The position numbers and the translations under genes are program-made. From Dimorphilus gyrociliatus (taxonomy: Eukaryota > Animalia > Annelida), in assembly GCA_904063045.1 (NCBI GenBank), contig CAJFCJ010000002.1, positions 2,475,891-2,539,890 on the forward strand: DNA of 64,000 bases, written 5' to 3'. The notes under the pieces were generated by a model. The model was not told the DNA's origin and did no database searches. It saw only the letters and a program-made list of their open reading frames with translations. Of the stretch, positions 51,201-62,325 are shown one piece after another (positions within the stretch are counted from its first letter, which is position 1; the number at the start of each line of letters is the position of its first letter).

Positions 51201-52196
51201 ATTATCATTTACTATCACAGTTAAAGTGTTGAAATGTATTCCTATATCTAATTCACTCGTTTAGAACTAAATCACAACTAGACAAATAAGTTTATTCGAT
51301 ACATTTATAAAGTACCATAGGAATACCTTTTACAAATTTCAATGATATTTAATCCTTGCATAGATAAAACGGACATTTTAAGCCTGTTTTCTTCTCCTTT
51401 CCTCTTTACTTATTTCTCTGTACAGTTTTCATTGTTTGTTAAAATTCGTTAATTCTTATCTTTCGTTAAATTTATTACATAGTTTATATATAAGCGATTG
51501 AATCAACGCATTTTTTCCTGGTTCAATAGATTCTATGCTTAAAAAAACGCCATTCTTAGGCGACAAAAAGTATTTTTTTCCGTTCAAAAGTAGGACAACT
51601 TTTCCCATAACCTAAATACGGATATTTGTAAAAAAAATAAGATTTTTTAATATATACTGATAAAATATTTCACATTAAGAATTAAAAAAATTTAAACAAA
51701 CTCTATATTTTAGGTTATTAGCTTGTGAATTTATTTTATTTTTATTCTGTTCAAAATGAGGTCAACGTTTTTTTTTTCAACAGAAGGAAGCAACGCGTCC
51801 GCTCAATACATCTTTAAAGCGCAACCGCCAAAACGACGCCGAAAATCTAGAACAGCTTTTACCAATAATCAAATATTCGAATTAGAAAAGCGTTTCTTGT
51901 TCCAAAAGTACTTGACTCCTGCCGATAGGGATGAATTAGCCATGAAACTAGGCTTGTCTAATGCACAAGTAATAACCTGGTTCCAGAACCGCCGGGCAAA
52001 ATTGAAACGCGATTTGGACGAGCTACAAAGTGACGTTAGTGCCGCTAAAGCAAAACTTTCGTTAGATCAAAACGAATTTGCCGGCGCTACGCTGGAAGCT
52101 ATTCAGTTTTATAGGAAGCATGGCTTAAAAAGAGTAGCGGGAACCTCAATATTGGAAATGAATTGTCCGACGGAGAAGAGGACTACACGTACATGA
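45264..52196 (+). CDS. Lbx: Ladybird (NK-class) homeobox protein, about 248 aa; exons 45264-45597 and 51784-52196
   Basis: Homeodomain RRKSRTAFTNNQIFELEKRFLFQKYLTPADRDELAMKLGLSNAQVITWFQNRRAKLKRDLDEL is Lbx-type. eh1 motif FFIEDIL in exon 1. Phase-1 GT-AG intron of 6.2 kb joins in frame. Confidence 0.94.
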
Positions 52197-55100
52197 ATAT
52201 TTCGTGATTTATATATTAATTAAAGACAGATTGTGCCTTCTTTCGTTCAAGTGAAATGTTTTGTATATAAATTCTCTTCGTTTAATGTACATACATACGT
52301 TATTGAATATATCAGCATTCATATGTAAAATATATGTTCTGTGTACGTATATATATATACGTCTGTATATACAGTATACATTATATAGAGTACATCTATG
52401 AATATATTAATATACGAAGTATACGGAATATCTATACAGCATGCTTCCAAATTAATAGGAATATTCTATTTGCAACCGTATAAATATATATATATATCTA
52501 ATATGGTGGTTATTAAATGATAAAAAAATGGCAGATGTGACCTACTTTTATGTGTCTTTGCTCAAAGTATAGATTATGTTAATAAAAGTTAATGAAAATT
52601 CTTATTAAAATCTCTAGTACAGTAGTACATATATTTTTTATTTACTAAGAGAGAGAAAATCGAATACTTAAGAAAAAGCTATTTATATCAATTTATTAAT
52701 ACTAGAGTTAATTCGTAAAAAAAGAGAGTAAATGGAGAAAAGGAGGAAAGAAAAAAGATATTGACTGGTAATTAAATTACGTATTTTATCGAATTGCCAA
52801 TAGTTTTGTTTAAGCTATACAATAAAGCAGATTAATGAACGTTTGCCTCTCATCAGTCTCTATCGTTATTTTTATAAAGGAGAAAAGTTAATATAAATAT
52901 ATCAACATATTACTTCAATAATAAGTAATGTTTACACAAATATCTCTGGATCAAAGAACCGAATCAGTCATCTGTGATGTCATAGCTATCGCATGACGTC
53001 ACTATAATTATTTGGTCACACTCCTTTAAAATAAAATTTCCCACAATATACATGTAATTAGATTATGTAAGTGATACTCTTCTATATTATTATTCTCCTT
53101 TGATCTGACCTCTCGTGAATTATGGAATCGTTATTTTTAGGGTTAAACGAAAATTCTATTGCTAAAAGTAAATAGCTACAGATTAAAAAAAGTACAAAGA
53201 GGGAACGGGGAGGGGAAGATAATTTATGCAAATACATCTAAGGATTATTCTTATTAATAGCGTGAATGTTACATTATGAAAAAATTAAAAAAAGTAAATA
53301 ATCTCGAAAATTACCTTTAAAATGTTCATATCACATATGTTCACCCTAATCTAACAATGAACTAAACCAAATCTACAATTATAAGTCAATTTGGAAAAAT
53401 TTATCCTAAAGATTTCAATTGGTCGTCAGATGGAGCTAAATTTATAAATTATTATTCATGTCGCTTGTAAACACCTTAATTATCAAGAGAAATATTTATA
53501 TATTTGTATATAAATATCTCTTTATACATAAGGGTCATTTATATAAATCAAGGTGGTCCGGTAGGCCGTGGAAAAGAATCTGTTTTGTATGCATTAACAA
53601 TACTCACTTTGCTATGCGGGTATATTGTCCATATCTTTTATCTCTTTAAGTAGTCGTCTTGACACGCTATTAGCAACAGATCTATTGATGGTTTCAATGA
53701 CGTGAAAAATTGAACCCATCTTCCACTATTTATCATTACCTTAAAACTTTCCAGACAGCTTTCATTTCTCAATTTCAATAATTATTATTCATAATTAATT
53801 TACAACGGATAAGGAAATGAGGTTACGTTTGGGTCATATTGCGGTGAGACTTTAAGAGGCAAACTGTCTGCAAATTGATAATTAATCACAGGCGTAGAGA
53901 GCATACATCTTCTGTTTCTCTTTTTTTTAGGCTTAAAGTCATTAATATATTTCTATTTTAGGTACCTTCTTTTATCAGAGTGCACATTTTCCTATGTATA
54001 TATATTTAAAGTATATATTTCTTAATAAAAGCATATATAAACCACTTTAGCTCGTAATATATTAATTAATATAATCAAATGTACAAAATCTTTTGTAAAC
54101 AACAAGTAAATAATTCCCTTTTGATTTAATATCTTTCCTTTTTCATTAAGAATAAATGAAAAATAAATAATAATTGATACAATAAAGTTACAATACACTA
54201 TATAAATATGAAATTGATGAAAGATCCAAAATGAACATATACAGTAGATAAATATATAACATTATTTGAGGGAAAATAGAATAAACTAACAGAAAGAGAA
54301 AACGTTACTTTTAACAAATAAATTTTCTAATTTCCTATGGGAGATGCAGATTTTTAAAAAAATGTAGTAATTGACTCCCTCTCTCATCCCTTTAACGAAA
54401 CTACCCGTTGATTATTATCATTAATTAAAATCAGCTTTTAAAGAATAGTAATCGAGTAAAAATTCGCGTTATATTCATTTGTTGATTAGTTTCTTTTCTT
54501 AGTATTTATCTCTCTAAAGAACATTGAATATACATTAATTTCGTTCTTCTTTTTTAAAGAAATACTTTTCCGCTTGAATTTTTTAGCGAAATGGGTTACT
54601 TTTACTCTAAAAGCTTAGAAAACCTACTTATTAAAGTTCTTATCAAGTCATTTAATGCTTTTAATGGAGGAATATATTTCATAAATAATACATTACAAGT
54701 CGATTAGAAAACTCTAGGCTTTTTTCATATTGAATTGAACTATCAAGAGAGTTGGGATAGTGAAATCAAAACAAATTTAAACTCCAAATGATACTTAACC
54801 TTAAGAAAACTTGTTACAGGCCTATAATTAGCCGACTTTTTACTACTTCCTTTTCAAATGAATAAGTTGACAAGGTAGGCGGAAATAAGAGTAAATTTAT
54901 CAATATTCTAATCAGATGAGAACGCTTTGGTGTATATTGAATTATTTACAATGTACTTATATCTATTTATGTTATTTTGCAACACTTAAAGATCCATTTT
55001 TCAAAGTTTTTTCATTACAACGTCAAAAATTTATTGTCATCGGATATTACGTCACAAAATATTTTTTTTTTTATAAAAATTTATTACTTTTTTTATAAAT

Positions 55101-55221
55101 AGCTAAAACACCTTTATTTCTTTTAATAAATTTGATTTAAATGATATAAACTCTTTTATAAAAATAAGAAATAAATACAAAAAGTATCTTTCAACAGTTT
55201 AATATTTTGACAGTTGCCAAA

Positions 55222-55237
55222 CCGCTAGATGGCAGTG
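55222..55237 (+). promoter_or_regulatory. Strong CTCF-like motif between Lbx and eIF3a
   Basis: CCGCTAGATGGCAGTG. Confidence 0.6.
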
Positions 55238-56234
55238 CACAGTAAGTATGGAAAAAAAGGTAAAAATAAATTTAATTAAGTTATATATATATTTTAAATA
55301 GTTACTTTATTAAATATCTCAAGTTTAACATTATATTTAGACTATTTTGTTATTTATACACTTTATTATACTTAATACAAAATAACTATTTTATGAGAAG
55401 AAAAGGAGATTACTAGGGAGGTGGACAATCAATTTTATTAAATATCTTTTTATACACAATTCTTAAAATACAATAGTTTTAAATTTTATAAATGAACAGT
55501 GCAATTGAAATGATTCCATACATGTGAAATAGATGTTAAATAATACTTTTATATTGTACACTAAGTATTAAAGTGGTACTTTGTGTCATAATTATCTGAA
55601 AGAAAATATATTTATTATTATTTGGGTCAATATTTTAATAAATCTTTAGTAACATTAAACGACTTCTTTGATTAATACCATCATCTCGAGTTTAAATTAT
55701 TCGACGATTGAACCGATTTAATGTCCAATTTTTTAAAACGATGTCCATGCATGGACATGCGTATTAGAATAGTCTAAGGCATGACCGGATATTTCACACA
55801 GGAAGTATGACATATTGCATTCTAGCGATAATCGTTTTCCATATCAAATAAGAAATGCGATATAAATATCTAAAATCGATAATAATCGAGAAGAATTTCA
55901 CATAAATATTATCTAAAAAAAAGTAGTTTTATATGTTGAAAAAAGTATTTTTATTAGACATAGTATTTTAATTTTCATGTCTTATTTTAGTAACGGAAAT
56001 AATTACAATACTTTAAGCTATAAATCGATGAATTCACAAATTTTTAGAACTTTATCGATTTACGTTGAACTTGTATATGATTGTCGATTTATCAACTATC
56101 GTTTTGTCGATTTTATCTCGATTACTCCAACCTCTAAAATTACTGCGGCTAACACGCCGATAGAAGTTATTAGTTAAATTTGTTATTACTAACTGGCATT
56201 ATTTGTTGTAATCATAAGGATACAATAATTTGAT

Positions 56235-59200
56235 ATGCCAACCTACTTTCAAAGACCTGAGAACGCTCTGAAGAGAGCAAATGGTAAGTTAGCGGGAAGC
56301 AGTATGCTACCTCGTGTTTATCAGTAGTTTTACTTATTGTGCTTCAGAATTTATTGATGTTGGAAAGCCAATTAGAGCTTTGGATGCTCTTTGTGATGTT
56401 ATCAAAAGTAAGAAACATCGAACATGGCAAAAAATTCATGAGCCGATCATGGAAAAGTATTTGGAACTATGTGTTTCATTGAAGAAAAGTCACGTGGCTA
56501 AAGAGGGTTTGCATCAGTACAAGAACATTTGTCAACAAGTAAATTTTTTAACCCACTTAATAAGTGATCTTTCTACATGTATTATTTTCAGGTTAACGTT
56601 GCTTCTCTAGAAAAAGTTGTAAGACTGTATCTTCAGCTTGCCGAAACAAAAACTGAGGAAGCAAGTAAACAATCCCACCAAGCAGTAATTGATATTGATG
56701 ATTTGGAATGTCCACAAACTCCAGAGAGGTAACTTGTTGAAAGCTTTCATTTGAGATGCTCATGACAAATTTCTCTGTAGCCTTTTGCTATCTGCCGTAA
56801 GTGCTGAAGATACCCAAGATAGAGCAGATAGAGCAATTCTGACTCCATGGGTTAAATTTTTGTGGGAATCTTATAGGCAATGTTTGGATTTACTTAGAAA
56901 CAACTCAAGCTATGAAAAATTATACCAGGACATTGCTCAACAAGGTAAAAATAAGCTTTTGAATTTTACCATTACATAGTATATATAATTATTTTCTGAT
57001 AACGTTTTAATTAATTTTTTCAGCTTTTGCTTTTTGTATCAAGTATGAAAGAAAAACCGAATTTCGCAAGCTATGTGAGAGTTTAAGATTGCATCTTGGG
57101 CACATTCAAAAGCACCATAATCAACAACGAGCGATAAATTTGAGTAATCCTGAATCACAGGCTTTACACTTGGAAACTCGATTAGTTCAACTGGATTCGG
57201 CCATCACTATGGAATTATGGGCAGAAGCTTTAAAAGCTGTTGAAGATGTTCATGGTTTGGTTTCACTCTCAAAGAAACCACCAAAGCCCTCTTTAATGGC
57301 TAATTATTATAGTAAAGTTGCACTGGTGTTCTGGAAGAGTGGTAGCTATTTATTTCATGCAGCAGCCTGGCATGCTCTCTACAGACTTTCAAGAGACCAA
57401 AGAAAAAATCTGAGCCAAGAAGAGTTACAAAAATTGGCTTCTAGGGTTTTAGTTGCAACATTGGCTGTTCCTGTTGTACCTCAGCAATCCCCACTGGCTC
57501 ATGTTTTGGATGTAGAAGATACGACAACAGAGAAGCAACGAAGATTAGCCACTCTTTTAGGACTTAATGCTCCTCCTACTAGAGCATCATTAATTGCAGA
57601 ATTATTAAAGGGTGGAGCTGTTCAACACGCACATCCTCAATTGCAACCCTTGTATCTCCATTTAGAAGTTGAATTTCATCCTCTTACTCTCGCTGAACGC
57701 GTTAAATCCTCTTTGGAATACTGCAAGGAACAAGAAGCTCTGGCTCCTTACATTGAACCACTGAATGTTGTGACTGTTACGCGTCTTATTACTCAAGTAG
57801 CCCAAGTCTATGACACCATATCGTTAGAAAGATTTACTAAGCTGGCTCCTTTCATGGAAAGACAACGACTTGCAAGAATAACTGTAAACGTAGCCAAGAA
57901 CTTGGAATTACCTTTAAGAATTGATCATAGAACAAAAAGCATCACTTTTACTGCGGATGGTGCCTGTTGTACTGGAGGTAGAATTTCAGATGATCTTACT
58001 TTAGGACCTGTTTTACAAGCTCTTCCTGGCGAACAACTTAGATCGCAACTAGTTAATATGGCCAATATATTGCAGAAGGCAGTGTCTTCTTTACAAGATG
58101 AAGATAACATTGAAGCTCTTAGGCAAAAGATTGCTATTGATTACAAACGACATGCCAAAGCTGAACATGATAAAATTCTTGAGAGAAAGCTCCAAATCGA
58201 GTCGAGAAAAGTTAGACAAGAAGAGGAGCAGTCCGCAAGACAACAGGAAGTATACGAAAGACAAGAGGAGGAAAGAAGAAAGCAAAAAGAAATTGAAAAT
58301 GATAGATTAGTTAGAGAAATGGAAGAGAGAGAGAGAAAAAAGAGACAACAAGAACACGATGAAATTAAGAAGAGGGAAACGAAAGCTAGAATCGATCAGA
58401 TGAGAGCTACAGAGATTGGAAGAAGAGTATTTGAAGGCATGGATGAAGAAGAAATAGAGCAATTAGATCCTGACACCATAATGGCTAGACAAGTAGAGCA
58501 GTTGGAGAAAGAAAAGAAGGAATTAACTGAGAGGTTAAAAACCCAAGAAAAAAAAGTTGATCATTTTGAACGAGCTAAGCGTCTTGAAGAGATACCCCTG
58601 TTAGAAAAATTTAGTAAGAAGATGACAGAAGAAGCTAAACGATATTGGGAATTGCAAGAACATAATAGAATTGACGAATTGAGAAGAGAGAGAGTTCTTG
58701 CTATGCAACATAGAGATCGTCTTAGAAGAATGCTTCAAGACAAAGAAAACTGGTTGAAAGAATTGAAAAAGGATAGGTTCTCAGTTTATAGGGAAAAGTT
58801 AACGAGATGGGAAATGGAAATGAAAGATATTCGTGTGGAAAGATTAGCTGCTCGAAGAGAGCAACGCAAGCGAGACAGAAGAGAAGAATATTACGCCAAG
58901 AAAGAAGAAGAAGAAGAGAGGAAGAGAATGGAAGAAGAAAGAAGGAAGAGAGAAGAAACAGAAAAACTAGAGCAGGAAAAGAAAGATCAAGAGAGAAGAG
59001 AATATGATGAAAAACTTAAAAAGTTACAGGAAATGGAGAATAAAAAACGAGAAAAAGAAAGGGAAATTGAGCTCAGAGAGCAACAGAAAAAAGCTAATCT
59101 TGATAGGCCCAATGATGGAGTTAAAGGTGAAGACAGATGGCGTGATTCTGGCAGCAGTTCAGGACCGTGGAGGCCTAAGTCTACTGCTCAATGGCGAGAT

Positions 59201-60937
59201 AAAGAAATTCGAAAACAAGAGAGCTGGAGAGGAGGCTCTTCTAAAGAAGATGGCGTCTGGAGAAGAACTGCCGAACAGTCTCCGGCCAGTTCAGCACCGA
59301 GAGACATTAGATCTTCTGGTAATGCCTGGCGTACGGAGGGTAGAGAAGAATCCCGAGGTGGACCATGGCGTGCAGGTGGGGAAGGCAAAGAAGAACCCCG
59401 AGGCGGACCATGGCGTGCAGGTGGGGAAAGCAAAGAAGAACCTCGAGGAGGACCATGGCGCACAGAAGGCAAAGAAGAGCCTCGAGGTGGACCATGGCGC
59501 ACAGAAAACAAAGAAGAGCCTCGTGCAGGACCATGGCGCACGGAAGGTAAAGAAGAGCCCAGAGGTGGACCATGGCGTTCAGAAGGCAAAGATGAATCCC
59601 GAGGTGGACCATGGCGTTCGGAAGGCAAAGATGAATCCCGAGGTGGACCATGGCGTTCGGAAGGCAAAGATGAATCCCGAGGTGGACCATGGCGTTCGGA
59701 AGGCAAAGATGAATCCCGAGGTGGACCATGGCGATCGGAAGGTAAAGAGGAGCCTCGTGGTAGTTCTGCTTATACACCTCGTAGAGATAATAGAGATAGA
59801 GATGGCAGGGACAATAGGGATAGTAGGGACTGGAGGTCAGGTCCAGCTTCAAGAGATTTTGATAGAGATAAGCCTGCCGAAAACAAGTGGAGAACCAACG
59901 ACTCTTCCTCATGGAGGAAAGGAGAAGATAGAAAAGACGGCCAATCCTCTTCTAGTTGGCGAATGGGGGGCAGTCGAGACGATAGAAAACGAGACGACAG
60001 AGATGATACTAGGAAACCTCAAGGTATTTATTCATTTAGTTATTTGATAAAATCCATTTGAATATTAATAGTCCAATTTACGTGAGCTTTCACACTTAAG
60101 CAACATCCCATATATTAAGTCCTTTTTCATAAAGTTGATACATTTAATTTAAATTGATAAATCATTAAAATGTAAGTAATGTCATAATACTCTCTTATAA
60201 CCATTATCATATGTTGCGAAGTCCTTTATACGCTAAATTAAAAACTTGGACTTCACTACTGTCTACCAACAACAGAAACACCCACGCTTATAAGTGAATC
60301 AATTTTAAGCTTGCTTTGTTTTCTGGAATCATTTTCTACCTCTTTCCATACAACTAATAATACATAAGTTGTCGCTCTTATTTATTTACGCATGCAAGTA
60401 GTTTCTATATTTAGTCCTTTGGGCTTAAGTTCAGAAAAATTATCGGATTTCCTTCCATCCAACTTAAATTTTTCGAATTTTTACTAAGTTTTTTTAAGAG
60501 TTGTAAAAGATGCTAATCACTAAAAGTGCGTCAGCCCATCGACATCTCTGCACCATGAAGTTAAAATATCCCTACTTTAAAGTCGAGACCTTACATATTA
60601 TCTTTCATTGTTATTCTGTATATTATGAAATGTTTTACGGCACTTATTCCGATGAAATTGTCTATAAATAGAAGAACTAAGAGGACTCATTTTGAAAAGA
60701 TAATGAATAATTTATACAATACATTTCTTAAATTAGTTTGATGAGTCGTAAAGACCTTCTCAAGAAATTTTTATCAATGCGGATGTCAACTGAATAATAC
60801 CGTGCAATGACACCTTATGATTTTTCCTATTAAAAGATTACTTTTTATAATCTCTTTAGTCTAATAATAAATGTATATCTATATTAAGAATTTCTTTTTC
60901 AGCCGACGACGATGGATGGAGACAAGTCCGGCGTTAA
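56235..60937 (+). CDS. eIF3a: Eukaryotic translation initiation factor 3 subunit A, about 1191 aa; exons 56235-56283, 56348-56538, 56592-56728, 56781-56944, 57024-60023, 60903-60937
   Basis: N-terminus [23 protein letters not shown], then [24 protein letters not shown] region, charged coiled coil, R/D/G/W repeat region and terminal [10 protein letters not shown]. All exons join in phase (3576 nt). Confidence 0.96.
59357..59758 (+). repeat. Coding minisatellite in eIF3a: two 45-nt and eight 39-nt units encoding (G/A)GPWR...EE/DE-P/S-R
   Basis: Ten GGACCATGGCG-cored units totalling 402 nt; three identical 39-nt copies at 59601-59717. Confidence 0.95.
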
Positions 60938-61492
60938 AGATTATCATAGAAAATTTATGAATTTTTCGTTTTCTTCGTAAGGAAGTTATGTCGATTTCTA
61001 ATACGTAATACTTTGCTTGAAATATAAGATTATTGTTCGAATTATCGAAAGGTCGCTAGTCACGTTCCGGTTGATTATATTTAGCAAAGTGTAGTTTGAA
61101 ATGTAATATCAAACAGATTGTTCTTATAAAGTTAATAACTGCGCATCAATCAGAGATATATTATAGAATATTTAACACAAACTTTTACACTATATATTAC
61201 AACGTTTCGAAAATTGTTTCTCACTGCCCTTCTTTAACAATTTATAGATGATATAAGAAATTTCTATTTTGCGAAAGTACATCCAAAAAGTTTAGCTGTT
61301 AGTATCATAAGTATAATTAAGTAAAGGGATTAAAAAAGTCTATTATGATATAGAATTATATGAAAGGAACACGAACCAATGAAATACTTCCTTTCCATAG
61401 GGATATTGCGTTTTTCTTCAAATGAAGACTAAAAAAATCATTATAGTTTATATTTAGTTTAAGCTGAAGTAGGTTCGTGATCATGACTTATT

Positions 61493-61711
61493 CTAATTGC
61501 TTACTGATTCCATAAATCCGTCTCGACTATTGGAAGGAGGGAAAGTAGGATCTCTGTTCCTCAAGTTCATATTTAACAATTCCTGACACTGCAATTGACG
61601 ATTTACTTCTTGAACGTCTTCTATCGGTTCAGATAACCAACCATCCTCGAAACTATGACTTGATGAAGCGAAGAGAAGAAGAAGGAAAAAAAAGGTTGAG
61701 AGAGTGATCAT
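61493..61711 (-). CDS. Putative small secreted protein (72 aa unspliced; possibly spliced to about 104 aa)
   Basis: ATG ORF starting MITLSTFFFLLLLFASSSHS in a locally GC-richer patch, with a GTAAGC donor at 61504. No family recognised. Confidence 0.35.
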   Translation of the reverse strand: MITLSTFFFLLLLFASSSHSFEDGWLSEPIEDVQEVNRQLQCQELLNMNLRNRDPTFPPSNSRDGFMESVSN

Positions 61712-62325
61712 ATCAAGTGGCTTGGATGAAAAAGAGCGCACACAGCTACTACTTCCCAACACCAGACGTCTCCCCAAATCTACAATGCGCCACCGTTTTA
61801 CTTAGTTTTTAAAAGATAAAAATACCTTTTTAAAGTCAGAATAATCATAATAAATATACTAACGAAGCAAAAATCAAACATTAATAGTAGCATTAGTCTA
61901 TTTATAAATTTAGTCAATACAAATGGAAATAAAAGCGTCGGATGGACACTTTATTCTAAATTTGGGTTGCTGTTGGATTAGCACTAAAGCTAATAATGCT
62001 TGTAATATTTTCCATTTTTAAGTGATTAAGCTTGAATTTGTGGATTAACAAAAGAGGAAAAAGCTTTAAAACCGTCTATTCATTAGTGATGAAAGAAAGT
62101 AACAATTTGATATTTCTGGTAAAGTCACAAAAATTTTCTTTAATTAAAAATTTATTCAATAGCTTAATACATTTAATTGAACATGACGGTTGTTTTTCAT
62201 TTAAAAATAGTTCATTGAAGTTTTCTTCCTCTTGTATTACTGCTTATGGCAATCAGGTATTAGAATTCGTCAAGAAAAAAATCTGAAAATGTGGCATTAA
62301 TACGACAGGAAAGGATCACGAAGTG

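Noticed and set aside
59004-60047. Long alternative-frame and antisense ORFs (347, 172 and 201 aa) over eIF3a
   Set aside because: By-products of the stop-poor 39/45-nt tandem repeat and purine-rich coding sequence; no independent gene signals.
60500-60600. Possible two-hairpin H/ACA snoRNA ending in ACA
   Set aside because: No ANANNA H-box between the hairpins, and the first hairpin is too short.
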